In this document: positions 10,818 to 22,999 of the stretch, in pieces
How the letters are laid out: every line of letters begins with the position of its first letter
Position numbering within the stretch: position 1 is the stretch's first letter
IMG/VR virus record: IMGVR_UViG_3300033463_000097
Reading direction: 5' to 3' (one strand)
Origin: a virus
DNA: 64,000 nt
Translations under genes and position numbers: made by a program
The notes under the pieces: generated by a model
What the model saw: only the letters and a program-made list of their open reading frames with translations
The model's database searches: none
What the model was told of the DNA's origin: nothing

Positions 10818-13051
10818 TATTCCATCACTCCAACGTGCTTGGTTCTATGATGAACCTCATCTTGTTTTCCAAGATTAAAAGCAGTGGTATAATTTCCGGT
10901 TAAATATCCGGTTACACGACGTAGCTGTTGAATATTGTGTCCGCCGCAAGCGGGGCATGTATCATTAATCTCACCTTGAAAACCGCAATCCAAACAAGTA
11001 TCACTTGGAACATTAATTGCGAAATATGGAATATCCTTATCCATAGCATAATTTACAATTTGTTCTAATGCTTCTGTATTATGCACAGCAGAAGCATCAA
11101 GTTCAACGTATGTAATACAACCCGCACTAGAATATCCGGTTAATTGACTTTCAATATCAATTTTTTCAAATGGACTGACTTGACGCCATACTGGAACATG
11201 CATACTATTTGTAAAGAACTCTTTATCGCTAACATTTAAAATAACTCCATACTTTTCGCGGAATTTCTTCAATGCAGTATAGCAAAGATTTTCTGCAGGA
11301 GTATAATAAACACCAAAGTTTAGTGAATATTCTTTCTTAAATTCGGCGCAGCGGTCTTTAAATAGTTGCTCTATTCTTTTAGCCAACTTCATTCCATCAG
11401 GAGTAGTATGGTCGCAACCAATTAGAATTTGTAAGCATTCTGCCAATCCTAATTGACCAATAACAATAGTGCCATGTTTAAGAGCGCTTCGAATTCCTTC
11501 TTCTGGAATATAACCTGCCATTGTATGATTTTCATACATAAATTTTGCACTTGAAGCATCTTGTGAGCAAATCCAATTAAAACGCTCAATTAACATATCT
11601 TTTGCTTCATGGATTTTTTTATCCAGGAGTTGCATAAATACTTCAACGATGCTATCATCATATTCACACATATATGCTTCTTTTGCCATCATAGCCAACG
11701 TTGGAAGAATAATAGTTACTGGACAGATATTGCCGCGACCATCTTTCAGCTGGCCGAGACCGTTTACATCCCACCCATTTGCGGTGCGGCAGCCCATTGT
11801 GCTAAAATATGTTCTCGGGTCATTAATATCATATCCTGCGTTACCAGACCAGTCAACATTGGCATAGTTTGGATATAAGCGTTTTGCAGTAGATTGTAAT
11901 GCTAATTGATATAAATCATAGTTGGGGTCTCCTGGCTTACGATTAACGCCTTTCATGCATTGAAATATTCCACAAGGGAAAATAGATGTTTTATGCAATT
12001 TGCCTAATCCTTCAATACTAACATCTAGTAATGCTTTTGTAACCATCCTTCCTTCTGGAAGAGTACATGTGCCATAATTAATAGAAGTAAAAGGCAATTG
12101 ATTTCCGCTTCTGGACTGAAGTGTGTTGAGGTTGTGGTACATTCCTTCAACGGCTTGATGGACTTCTCGTTCTGTCATATTCATAGCATATTGATAAACT
12201 TTATTCATTGTATCCTTATCAATATCTGAAAGTTCTTTATAACTAATGCTTTCAATAGGTTCATTTACAAAAATAAACTCATTAGCACGCTAGTAATTGG
12301 CAAGATAGATTAAACCATCTTTCCAATGTTTATAAAAACTTTTTCTCACATATGGAACCATAGTCCAGTCAAGATGAGTTGCACTTACTCCACCAAACTG
12401 TTGCAGACTTTGCAACTGAAAAATTACTGCTACGAGCTGGAACGCTGTGTTCACTGAACCGGCCGGCCGCACATCTGTTTGGCGAGTATTAAATCCATTG
12501 GCAAGTAAATCATCGAATGGAATACTTAAACAGTTATGAGAACCAACAGCATAGGCGTCAAGGTCATGAATATAAATCATATTACCTTCATGATTCTCCC
12601 TTGCCATTTTTGAAACTAAATTATCCAAAGCGTATTGCTTTGTCATATAGGAAGACGCTTCACCAATGCGGCCACCGAATGAATGTTCGTCAACATTAGC
12701 ATTCTGATTTTGAACGTTTCTTGCTTCCAGCTTTTCTCCAATAGCATCAAAGAAGTCAGACTTGATTTCTCTTGCTACTTCTTTCTTATAACGAAAACGA
12801 ATATACGCACGAGCCACATCAGGGCGTTCAGAGCGCATTAAATAATTTTCAACTAAATCTTGAATATCTTCAACTGAATAAGCATCAGCATCTATGCTAC
12901 ACTGTCCATAGATATCGTTTGCAATATCTCTTGCGGTATCATCTTCGTATAGCTATCCATCAACTTCAATAAAAGCACCATTGATAGCATTTATAATTTT
13001 TTGTTTGTCAAAAGGAACTCTTGTTCCGTCTCGTTTTACAACTTCTATCAT
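10817..13051 (-). CDS. nrdD: anaerobic (class III) ribonucleoside-triphosphate reductase, at least 2 in-frame TAG
   Basis: It has an ATP-cone (MIEVVKRDGTRVPFDKQKIINAI) and a glycyl-radical C-terminus (CGFQGEINDTCPACGG...RRVTGYL). Track ORFs 12953.., 12290.. and 10817.. are in one frame, and the separators at 12953 and 12290 are cta (TAG on minus). Confidence 0.85.
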
Positions 13052-13128
13052 ATATATCCTCCAATCTAAAAATTGTAGTATTTTTTTTGGGCCACTACAA
13101 TATTTAGGTTTTGTGATTAGAAAATTAA

Positions 13129-13410
13129 TTAGTTTTGCCCGATGTGGCGAATGAGGTAGTCTATATACCATTTAGCCTTTTCCAGGTCTTGGACACCATT
13201 CTTATGCTTCCATCGCCACAGATATTTAATTGCATTTGCGGTGCATACTGCTTCAATACCTTCAAGCCCAGTCGTGGCCGCAGCAAGCCCATCAATACAT
13301 TCAATACCCCCCGCCGTGTAATGGGCGGGGTGATTTACCATATCATTTGCTGCTTTATCTTTTTCATATTGCTCTGCTATATCAATAGCCCGCTTGTAAT
13401 AATCATCCAT
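13129..13410 (-). CDS. DUF3310-family protein (HPAHY motif)
   Basis: Contains VNHPAHYTAGGIECID. This family often sits next to phage polymerases. Confidence 0.55.
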   Translation of the reverse strand: MDDYYKRAIDIAEQYEKDKAANDMVNHPAHYTAGGIECIDGLAAATTGLEGIEAVCTANAIKYLWRWKHKNGVQDLEKAKWYIDYLIRHIGQN

Positions 13411-16400
13411 TATTCAGCCCCATACCTTTCTGTTGTCAATTCTAAATCTGTATTATTAACTATTTTGTTTATTTTATATAACTGATGCCCCGCAGAAGAA
13501 GCATACTTTTTCGTAATAAAGTCATCGCCGGAGCGAATACCTTGAACTACAATCATTTGTCCGCGGTTAAACCAACTCTTCTCTTTAACTTTCTTTGTCC
13601 CATCTTCTTGCTTCTCAGAGATTTGTTTATCAAATAGAGCAAAATATTCTTTACGGAACTTGACATTAACTACTCCGGTAGGAGTGAGAAGAGATACACT
13701 ACTCTTTACCTTATTCTTTGCTATGCATGTGCCGCAGATGCGATACAGTTTAAAGATATTAATTGTCTTGCCGGCCTTAGTAAATGTTCTTTCTACTTCT
13801 GGATTTTCTGGCAATTTAAAGAAATCGCTTATACCATACTTCTGGAAATTAATATCTTTTAATTCGTGGTCATGATAATAGAAACACATCGCTTCCATTT
13901 CCCATGATGAATAATTACCTTCGGCATATTTATCCCAATCCTGTTTAAATATCAGGCCATTGAGATTATTGAGAATAGCTTCTTTATCGGAGGCAATCCA
14001 CTCTCTAAATATATCCATCCAATGTTGGTATTCTTTTTCCCAAACTTTAATTTCGAGAAACTCATTCTCTTGAATTAATGCATCATATCCCATTTCTTGT
14101 AGAAACGATATTGCGCGTGCATCTAAGAAATACCATGTTGGACTTTCTTTATTCTTACAGACTGCTTTAAGATAACGATTGAACTCATATACTCTACGAG
14201 CCATTATTCGTTCATCTGTATCTTCGGGCAGCAGATTATATCTAATAAGCCCCGGCAGATTTTGTAATGTCAAACGAGATTTCTTATCACACGTTTCCCA
14301 TATGAACCAGGCCATACATAATTTGCGCTCCATCATATTATCAAATGCTCCACTTTTAATTAATGAAACCATTGCCTGTTTCTTTGGATTTACTTTATAA
14401 TAAAAATCTTTTGGAGATACATATGGACGCTTTGCAATAATATCTTTTACAACATCATCATTAACATTTAACAATGCCTTCATACCGAATAGAATTTGAT
14501 TATTTTCAATATCGGGTTTAAATCCGAAGCCTGAACGATTTATATCAACTGTACTTACTTTAATTCCGGCGCTGATAATGTCTCCAAGAGCCTTTGCGAC
14601 TTTTCCATAATCAGTACTTGTGTTCTTGCTTTCAGTTTCTTCTTCTTCCTCAAAATCTTCTTCATCCTCTTCAAGAGAGCCGCTATTTACAATCAAACAT
14701 GCGGTATCCCAATAAATTGGGTTCCAATGTGTCGCTATATATAATGTCTGCGCTCCAATGAAAGAATACGCTAGGGCGTGAATACGAGAGAATGAATAGC
14801 CCATCTGAGGACCGCATCCATGTTTCCATACGTATCGACCAAGAGCTGGAGATTTAGCCTGGTCTAATACTTGCTGCCGCAATGCTGGGATTTTCTTCAT
14901 TTGCTTTTTACCAACAATCTTGCGGGCTGCGTTAGCATCTGCTAAACTGAAATCGCAAATATTTTTATCCATTAGCATCAACATTAGACTTTCCTGGTCG
15001 GGAGGAACGCCATAGTCTGCGAGAAAGTATGGTTCAAGAGTTTTCTGCTCTTCCTTTGTTAATCCTTCTCTATCCATTTCTTTATACCATAGACTTATAT
15101 CATTCTTTTGCTTATAATATTTATCCAATGGTCTCTCTTCATCTTCTTCGCCCATTAATCGCATCAAACCATTTGCGGAAGACATTTCTTGGATAGAATG
15201 AGGTTTAAGTTTCTTTGCTACCTGTGCTCCAACTTGGCTATCAAATTGGAATGTATTAATTACACTTACATTGCCTAGTGCTTCCCAAATCTTTTCATCA
15301 TTAATGGGAAGAACATTAGGATGGAAGTATTTATCATAAACTTCTTTAAGAGATAGATTTTTTTCAATCTCACCATCTTCTTGCAGAAGTTGAATTGTTT
15401 GAACTAATTTATCTTGAACTTCGGTTACGAGGAAGTCATATTTTGTGGCGCCGCAATATTCTACATCATGTAGATTAAACTGACTGATAATCTCTCCTTT
15501 TGGAGTTCTCATAAAAGCACAATACTCAAATGGGTCACCATCTAGTAGAATAACACCAGAAGCATGAGAAGAGCGTTTATTAATTACACTATTAATACCC
15601 ATGATGATTTCCAGTAGTCCAGGATATTTACTTACTTCTCTTATAAATGTGGGAATTGGTTTACGATTCTTCTCTTCATTACCATTGATAACATCATCAA
15701 TATCCCATAGAAAACCACGCTCAGATGGAATAAGAGATGCCATATACTGTGCCTGGTCTACATCAATACCATCGGGATAGTCATCACTACGATAGCCTCG
15801 GCAAGCAGTTAGGATAGCAGATTTTGTGCCTTCGGTTCCAAAAGTAGCAATTCTAACACAACCAAGGTTATCTTTGGCCCATTGCGGCACGTCATCATTA
15901 AACATCTTGCTGCGCTCTTCGGCAATCTTCTTAATAACTATGCCAACTTTACTTGGACACAGGTCAAGATCAATATCGCCCAACTCAACACGTTCATCAT
16001 TAAGATAGCGGAAGAACGGCAAATTCCAAACGATTGGGTCTAACTGTGTAATACCCATTAGATAATGGTTTAGAGCCGCGCAACTTGAGCCACGTCCTGC
16101 GCCCACCATAGAACCGCACTCCCACATCAAATCAATATAGTGTTGAAGTGTATTTGGATAACGGAACATATTAGTTTCCAGTTTCTCACCAATGATGCGT
16201 TTTACTCTTGCTTCTTCTTCAAGACGTGCTAGATATGTATCGTCACCAGTTTCTAATAAATGGTTCCAACCTTTTCCTAATTCGTTGAGTTTATCCCAGC
16301 ATTGATTGACCCAATATCTATCTTGAATATCTTCTGACGCCAAAAGATATTTAAGATTTGGGAACTTTTCCATTTCATCAGCATATGGATTATTGTTTCC

Positions 16401-17363
16401 AAAACCACCACGAGGATAATTCTTTACTTCTACACTTGGAATGTTCTGTTTGCGGAAAAGAGAGAATGGCTGTATTTTATCCTGTATTTCAAGAGTGTTC
16501 TTTATAATCACATCAGCCCAATTTTCTTCGTGAATACTCTGTATTAATAATTCTTTTAATTCATCATATGACATTAGATAGGTGAATTCATAGAATGCAT
16601 CAACCTCACGGTCTCCTTCCTTGGAGTTAAGATATGCTTTATGAATTGGTCTATCTTCTGGACGAGCATAGTGCGCGTCGGTTGCTACAACAACTGTCGT
16701 ATGCGTAACTAATGAAATGGATAGAAGCGTTTGATTAACCAATATTTGTTCTGGAGAATTGCCGGGGGCGCACTCCAAATAAAAATCTTCTCCAAATAAT
16801 CTTTGACAAAAGTCAATAAATTCAAGGATTTTATTATAATATAAACGCGCATTATCCATATCACCAATCTTCTGCGCTGTTTTATATAACATAATTAACT
16901 GCGGCAACTCGCCACCAATACATGCGGTTGTGGCAATTAAATGTCCTTTAAATTTGCTGACCACTTCAATTAAATCTGCTTTTGTAGTTGGAACTCTTTC
17001 CATTTTGCGGTCTGTGTAACTTTCCAACCACGCCTTTGTAGATAACTCTTTTAAGGCCCTGTAACCAATAGCATCCTTTGCAATAAGTATGAAGTGATAA
17101 TACTTTTGGCCCGAACCTTTTTTATCTACAAGATATATTTCATTTCCAAACGCCAGTTTGAAGTCTGGGTATTTTTCTTTAATTTCATTGTAATATTTTT
17201 CGGCTTCAACATGTGCTGCTAGGACTTCATGGTCTGTTATAGCAACACCTGAAAGTCCTAATTTAATTGCAGTATCTATTAACTTTTTTGGGGAATTAAT
17301 AGCATCAAGAAGCCGAATGTTTGAATAATAAGTATGATTATGATAACTAAAATATGATGACAT
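13410..17363 (-). CDS. DNA polymerase III alpha-subunit-like replicative polymerase (N-terminal PHP domain)
   Basis: 1317 aa with no TAG. The N-terminus YHNHTYYSNIRLLDA...GVAITDHEV is PHP-like. Confidence 0.8.
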   Translation of the reverse strand: MSSYFSYHNHTYYSNIRLLDAINSPKKLIDTAIKLGLSGVAITDHEVLAAHVEAEKYYNEIKEKYPDFKLAFGNEIYLVDKKGSGQKYYHFILIAKDAIGYRALKELSTKAWLESYTDRKMERVPTTKADLIEVVSKFKGHLIATTACIGGELPQLIMLYKTAQKIGDMDNARLYYNKILEFIDFCQRLFGEDFYLECAPGNSPEQILVNQTLLSISLVTHTTVVVATDAHYARPEDRPIHKAYLNSKEGDREVDAFYEFTYLMSYDELKELLIQSIHEENWADVIIKNTLEIQDKIQPFSLFRKQNIPSVEVKNYPRGGFGNNNPYADEMEKFPNLKYLLASEDIQDRYWVNQCWDKLNELGKGWNHLLETGDDTYLARLEEEARVKRIIGEKLETNMFRYPNTLQHYIDLMWECGSMVGAGRGSSCAALNHYLMGITQLDPIVWNLPFFRYLNDERVELGDIDLDLCPSKVGIVIKKIAEERSKMFNDDVPQWAKDNLGCVRIATFGTEGTKSAILTACRGYRSDDYPDGIDVDQAQYMASLIPSERGFLWDIDDVINGNEEKNRKPIPTFIREVSKYPGLLEIIMGINSVINKRSSHASGVILLDGDPFEYCAFMRTPKGEIISQFNLHDVEYCGATKYDFLVTEVQDKLVQTIQLLQEDGEIEKNLSLKEVYDKYFHPNVLPINDEKIWEALGNVSVINTFQFDSQVGAQVAKKLKPHSIQEMSSANGLMRLMGEEDEERPLDKYYKQKNDISLWYKEMDREGLTKEEQKTLEPYFLADYGVPPDQESLMLMLMDKNICDFSLADANAARKIVGKKQMKKIPALRQQVLDQAKSPALGRYVWKHGCGPQMGYSFSRIHALAYSFIGAQTLYIATHWNPIYWDTACLIVNSGSLEEDEEDFEEEEETESKNTSTDYGKVAKALGDIISAGIKVSTVDINRSGFGFKPDIENNQILFGMKALLNVNDDVVKDIIAKRPYVSPKDFYYKVNPKKQAMVSLIKSGAFDNMMERKLCMAWFIWETCDKKSRLTLQNLPGLIRYNLLPEDTDERIMARRVYEFNRYLKAVCKNKESPTWYFLDARAISFLQEMGYDALIQENEFLEIKVWEKEYQHWMDIFREWIASDKEAILNNLNGLIFKQDWDKYAEGNYSSWEMEAMCFYYHDHELKDINFQKYGISDFFKLPENPEVERTFTKAGKTINIFKLYRICGTCIAKNKVKSSVSLLTPTGVVNVKFRKEYFALFDKQISEKQEDGTKKVKEKSWFNRGQMIVVQGIRSGDDFITKKYASSAGHQLYKINKIVNNTDLELTTERYGAE

Positions 17364-17392
17364 AAATTTCCCCCATTCTTATATCTATTATA

Positions 17393-17421
17393 TCATATTT
17401 TTTAAGTAATGACAACTATTT
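17393..17421 (-). promoter_or_regulatory. sigmaA-type promoter TTGTCA-17-TGaTATAAT
   Basis: It lies upstream of the polymerase start and overlaps the helicase stop. Confidence 0.55.
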
Positions 17422-18613
17422 TCTCTTTTGCGCGCGTTATACCGGTATAGAGATATTTGCGTTTCATAACTGGCTCTCGCGGCCAGCCTTCATTAAATAG
17501 CACTATTTTATCCCACTCACTACCTTGAGATTTCCAAACTGTAATTGCATATCCATAGGTAAACATAAGTGGCACTTCCTCTTTCAACTTGTTGAGTATG
17601 ATATATTTTGCCCGACCACTTAATATCATCTGCATATTGTTGATTAGATTATAATCGAGGGTAATGTCTTTAAATACCTCGCCTTCTTCGTCTCCGCTCA
17701 TATCACAGCGGATTACTGGCACAGATATGTCTGATACTCTCTTCATTACCCAACCTGGATATAAGCATATATCTGTATTTGAGTAATTTACTATTTTACC
17801 AATTACCCCATTGGTTAATGGATTTTCCAATGTAGATAACATACCCCACTCATTATGGCGATTGATTATCTTATCGCCAATCTGCGGGTCACCAGAGAAG
17901 CCAAGAGCTGAGCGCATCTGCGTGTTCAATAACTCTGTCATTTTATTTGTCGCACATAATACCTGGTCGCCCCATAGCAACACATCAGAGTTACATTGCC
18001 CCTTTTCCATAATCATAACTTCTTTATTTTCACATGGAAAGGTGTATAGAGGTTTTCCCTCTCGAACATGCATAGATAAGCGAATAATTTCACTTTCTTG
18101 CGCTTGTCGCATTATCTCGTCCAAAAAGATATGCGGATTGTCAAGCACATGGTTGTTTGGGTCTTCGCCATCTTCATCGGGGACGGGAGGTAATTGTTCG
18201 GGGTCGCCGCAGGCCAATATATAAACACTGTGGCGGCATAACTGTTCCCACATCTTCTTTGGCAGCATAGAAATTTCATCAACTACTATTACTGCTGGAT
18301 TACCTTCCAAAACAGTGCGCGGATAGAAAGTATAGTTACCACTGGGCAGCATTTTTGCTTGATAAAGCAGTTTATGTGCGGTCATTGCGCCGGGGCAGCC
18401 TTTGTTTTTTAAAACATTAGACGCTTTACCAGTATATGCAATATAGCGCACATCTTCATCAGGTCTTATACCTGGGAGGGCAGAGATAATAAACTTTACT
18501 AGCGTGCTCTTTCCAGTGCCAGCGTAACCGGAAATGCAGGTATATTTTTCATGGTTATTAAAGCGTTCAATCGCTATCTTTAATCCTTCTTCTTGTTTTT
18601 TCGTAAGCTCCAT
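17402..18613 (-). CDS. RecD/Dda-like ATP-dependent DNA helicase (AAA_30/UvrD_C)
   Basis: Walker A GYAGTGKST, VIVVDEISML, and the C-terminal motifs YAITVWKSQGSEWDKIVL and GITRAKEKIVVI. Confidence 0.85.
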   Translation of the reverse strand: MELTKKQEEGLKIAIERFNNHEKYTCISGYAGTGKSTLVKFIISALPGIRPDEDVRYIAYTGKASNVLKNKGCPGAMTAHKLLYQAKMLPSGNYTFYPRTVLEGNPAVIVVDEISMLPKKMWEQLCRHSVYILACGDPEQLPPVPDEDGEDPNNHVLDNPHIFLDEIMRQAQESEIIRLSMHVREGKPLYTFPCENKEVMIMEKGQCNSDVLLWGDQVLCATNKMTELLNTQMRSALGFSGDPQIGDKIINRHNEWGMLSTLENPLTNGVIGKIVNYSNTDICLYPGWVMKRVSDISVPVIRCDMSGDEEGEVFKDITLDYNLINNMQMILSGRAKYIILNKLKEEVPLMFTYGYAITVWKSQGSEWDKIVLFNEGWPREPVMKRKYLYTGITRAKEKIVVIT

Positions 18614-18962
18614 TATCGTGTCTCACCACCCAATCTGTATATTCTTGGAACCATACGTTGTATCGGCTTGCAAAATACATGGTTGAATCGAAACCATCCA
18701 TATCATCGAATAAATAGATACCATATTTATCAAAAGCTTCTTTATCATACTTATCTTCAATGGCATCACGCAAGTCCCATAAACTTCTTCCATCTGTTAA
18801 AAATTCGCTAAAATCATATTTATCTAAAATTTCTATACTATATTTAAATGCTTCATCAAAATTACTATTTTCCTCAAGGTGCTTTTCCGCAGATGTAATT
18901 CTGTTGTTAATATAGGTTTGTTTTATTTCTTCATCCTATTTCAAATTATCTACTACTGACAT
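18567..18962 (-). CDS. hypothetical protein, 1 in-frame TAG
   Basis: An AAGGAG RBS precedes ATG 18962. It reads MSVVDNLKqDEEIKQTY... Confidence 0.5.
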
Positions 18963-18992
18963 AATAAATCTCCTTATTTTTATTCTATATAT

Positions 18993-19021
18993 ATTATAAC
19001 ATAAAATTAGTATTCCGTCAA
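18993..19021 (-). promoter_or_regulatory. sigmaA-type promoter TTGACG-17-TGtTATAAT
   Basis: Consensus elements with 17-nt spacing. Confidence 0.5.
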
Positions 19022-19067
19022 ATTAGAGTAAAAATTTTGAAAAGCACTTTTTAATCGCGGAGACGGG

Positions 19068-19125
19068 GGTGCGCAGTCGCTGGCGGCGCAGCGACCTCAA
19101 GAGAAAAAACGCTGGGTCAAAGACC
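19068..19125. terminator. two consecutive GC-rich hairpins (gtcgctg..cagcgac; cgctgggtc..gacccagcg)
   Basis: Locally ~65% GC in an AT-rich genome, immediately downstream of the gene ending at 19133. Confidence 0.45.
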
Positions 19126-19132
19126 CAGCGCC

Positions 19133-19891
19133 TTATGTCATAAAATATTCAAATGCTTGATTGGCATATTGTTGTCTTAGATACCAGGAACCCGAACCGC
19201 ATCGTTCATAGCATGCCGCAAAAGCGAGTGCCGCATCGGCCGCAGTAGAACTTAATACAAATGTTTCAAATGTATATCCTGTTCTAAATGTTTTTCCGAA
19301 AGCATCAAATTGAGATTCTATGGTTTCGATAAGATATTCGCATTGAAAAATCAAATCTTTTCCTCTTACTTCTGGAAACCAAGTTTTTCCCCATTGACAT
19401 AATCCATAATAAAAACCGCCATCGTATGAATAAAGCCAATATTGAAGATTTAAAGTTGTACCACCAACTTCAGCAATCATATTGCCAATAATTCCAGCCG
19501 CAACTTCGGGACTAAAACCAACTGTTCTTGTTAGATAGAGCCAAACATATGTAGCGTATGGATATTCTTCATATCTCGTCTACCAACGCTCTTTGCTAAT
19601 ATTATTTAACTCTATATTGGCTTGTGCGACATGCCATTCAGCCTTGGCGATTTTAATTACTTCACAATCTTCGTCATAGCCAAGCGCTCTCGCACATTCT
19701 GCCATAGTATGCGCTATTTCTTGTCTTTTTATAAATTCTTCATTTTGGCCTAATTGAGCAAAATATTCGTCAATTCGTTCATCTAAGTCCGGAGTTTCAA
19801 TAAATGGGGATGCCGCATGGGCGTTCCCGCAAGAGTAAGAACAGAACAATAACGAACAAATTACTAAAACAATACATAAAATCTTTTTCAT
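19133..19891 (-). CDS. secreted/lipoprotein with a C-terminal lysozyme-like domain (GIIGNMIAEVGG...GLCQWGKTW), 1 in-frame TAG
   Basis: It has a signal peptide (MKKILCIVLVICSLLFCSYSCGNAHA). Track ORFs 19580.. and 19133.. share a frame and are separated by cta (TAG on minus) at 19580. Confidence 0.45.
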
Positions 19892-20021
19892 ATCTCTCTC
19901 CTTAAAAATAATACGCTAATCTACTTACTATTTCATAATCCTTGATAATTATCTATGGTGAAACATTTCCATTCCAAATATTCTATTTGCAAGTTCCAAT
20001 AACGTTTATTTTTACAGAACC

Positions 20022-21674
20022 CTATTCACTAAATAAACTCTCATACTCTTCTTGTTTTACTTTAAATTTTATTAAACAAATATTATTACCAAGAACGATT
20101 TTGATTGTAGGACTTTTATCAGGAGACATTAGAACGAGATTCTGAGCAGTAACTATAACATCGGTTATTGCAACAAGAGGCTCCGCGAATCCTTGGCCCC
20201 ACATTCCATCCAATTCTCCTATTTTTAATATTGTTTCTTTTTCTTCACCAATATTTTTTGCGTCCCATACAAAATCAACTTTATATGTGGTCGAGAAATC
20301 GGTAACTTTTAAACGAGCATCTATATAAGTAACTAAATCTTCTACTTTTCCTTCTGGAATTGAAACGCCGAAAGCACTTGCATGTCCAGAAGCATAATTA
20401 ACTAAACCGCTATTTAAGATAAACTCTCTAAAATTCTCCAACTTCACATTTGATGGGCAGCGTCCGCTTCCCATCCAGTCAAATCTTTTAATTTCACCAT
20501 TATCATCAGTTTCTATTTCCGGCCTCAATAACAAAACAGGTCGTTGATATTTACTAACAAGTTGGTTAGCAATAAGGCCAGTTAAATTTTGATTTAATTC
20601 ATCAGTTACTTTAATCACCAAAACAGGATGTTCCAATAACTCTTCTGTTTCAATTATTTCCTCAATTCTGTCAGCACTTGCTTCACAGGCTTTATTCTAA
20701 TGGTTTTTAGCATTCGCGCATACTCTACAACTCTAATCAACTCTAAATTCCATTTCGCCTTTACATCCCCGTTTTGTTGAAGGGATTTTTTCAAATGCTT
20801 TATAATCAAGCATACTTTCAAACAGAACAGTTTTTTCTTCTTGACTACCCACTCTAATAACAGCATTAATATATGGTGCTATATAGAATGATACTCCAAC
20901 AGGCGTTACGCCATCTCTTAATGAATATTCTTGTTTTTCTACAAATGCTTCTAAAAATGGATTACAAATATGACTTAATCCAAGACTAATAATTTCCTTT
21001 GTTTCGGCGTCTCGAATATCCATCATATCCGCAATAATTCCAATGGCAGCCAAATCTACCAAATCATCAGAGTAGTTTTTACCTATTACAGAATCAATAT
21101 ACTAACAAAATTTAAATACTACTCCTGCGCCAGATAGTGATTTATTTGGATAATCTCCCAGTTGATTATTAACGATACAAGCAATACTATTTGCGCTTTC
21201 CAGTTCATGGTGGTCTAGAACTAGAACCTCAATGCCACGGTCGCGCAATTTCTTATGCTCTGCTATATCGTTACTACCAGCATCGGGAACTATAACCAAC
21301 TATATACCATCGGGTACATTGTCAGATATAATACCGTGCTATTTTCCTTCTTGTAGCCGATAAAAGAAGTTATTTAGCACGGTGCTAGGGGCAATTTGAT
21401 AAGCATAATTCATTAAGAGTGCTGCTGATGTAAATCCATCAACATCGCTATCTACTTGAACAAAAATTTTATGATCATTGGCTAGATGTGATATAAACAT
21501 CTTTGCGCCTTTTTCCATATTGTGAAGTAGTAGCGGGTCAAGAAGGTCTCTTTCTGTGGTGTTTAAGTAATGATGAATTGCTTCGGGGACAATACCCCGA
21601 CTTGCAAATATCCGTTCAATCGGTGTGTATCCATTATTTACCGAGAGTTCCGGATATATAAGTTGATAGTCCAT
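20022..21674 (-). CDS. recJ: RecJ-like DHH-family single-strand DNA exonuclease, 3 in-frame TAG
   Basis: Four track ORFs share one frame. The protein has DHH motifs VQVDSDVDGFTSAA and VLVLDHHE, and a DHHA1 motif YASGHASAFG. Confidence 0.8.
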
Positions 21675-21692
21675 AGGCTAGTCAACCTCCTT

Positions 21693-22796
21693 TCATAAGA
21701 ACACCCTCTCTTTGAATAATTGTAAAAATACTTCTTTACCCTTATCCACAGGAGCATCCTTATAATCGGTTAACTTATTCTTATCCCAAATAAAACTTAT
21801 ATTTATATAATTTTTATACTTACTATATATACTTACTAATTTCTTTTTCTACTTCTAAAATTCTTCGTCGCCTATATACTAAAACTATCTGTCAAACGCG
21901 ATAATAATTTCTTGCGCTCCTGCGTCCATCAGCAACTACATTTGGAAGGCTGTTAAGTTACTGCCGCAGCAGGCCGCAGAAATATCGCAATCAAAACCAA
22001 AATAGGTTTGATATTTTAATACACTCTTTTCTCCTTCAAACACTATTGCTTTCTTTACTCTTGGAATGTTTCTTCGGCTATTATTAAAATTGTATAAATT
22101 CATTCCAAGAGGATGATTATATAATTGTCCATTTGTATAGACTGGCCTATATTTTCCATATAGTTCACAGTCTGCCTCGCACAGATACCGACCGCGCAGA
22201 CCTATAAATCTACCATCTTTATCGAAGTGCGGAATGGTAATTTGGTCAGCACCGGGGAAGTATCCTATTTCAGCATTATTTAATACTTCTTGTGAAATAC
22301 CTTCATCAAGCCAGGGCCGAATTTTTACATCATAGTTAAAGCGTGATAATATTGTATCATCATATTCTTTTAATACGATATTTGGCACTCTGTTTTGAAT
22401 TTCCTATATACGGCTATATCCTGCGAATATTTTCCAATCTTCCAGCTAATCCGTTTCAGGCGCATTTTCTTCACGCCCAGACAAGCCAAAGCGCTAGGCT
22501 ATCCATCTTACAGCATCATTTAAATCAAAATCCAAATCATGCTGTAATTTCATAACTTTAATACATAATTCAAAAATATCAAAAGTGCCGCAATTACTAT
22601 AACATTGAAATAACCCTGTATTAGAGTAAAAATATAATTTGCGAGACGCTTCCTCGGTCAGAGGATTGTGGCATATGGTTTTTGCTATAATACCCGTATT
22701 TACATACTGCGGTTCGGCGCCCCAATCCTCCAACAAATCAAAAATTTGTTCGTCCGATAAGCAATCTCGTATCTCTTGCTTATCAAAAACTAACAT
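21693..22796 (-). CDS. dnaG: DnaG-type DNA primase (zinc finger plus TOPRIM), about 7 in-frame TAG
   Basis: A CHC2 zinc finger (CHNPLTEEASRKLYFYSNTGLFQCYSNCG) and TOPRIM motifs (AIVFEGEKSV, LLMDAGAQEIIIAFD). The frame runs continuously to TGA at 21693. Confidence 0.75.
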
Positions 22797-22797
22797 A

Positions 22798-22998
22798 TTA
22801 CTTCAAGGTTACTCTAACGCAATGATGAAGAAGCCCGCACTCTTCATTTACATACTTTACCAAGAACTCTTGCGGGTTCATATTTTTATCGGTTCCCTTG
22901 CGGGATTTCAAAACTTCGGCCGCAAAGTTCTGCGGCATGATATACTCTACACTTCCAGTTTTTTCATGTAGAGTTCCTGTCATTCTTACAATTGCCAT
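22798..22998 (-). CDS. hypothetical protein
   Basis: 66-aa ORF whose TAA overlaps the primase ATG. Confidence 0.4.
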   Translation of the reverse strand: MAIVRMTGTLHEKTGSVEYIMPQNFAAEVLKSRKGTDKNMNPQEFLVKYVNEECGLLHHCVRVTLK

Positions 22999-22999
22999 A

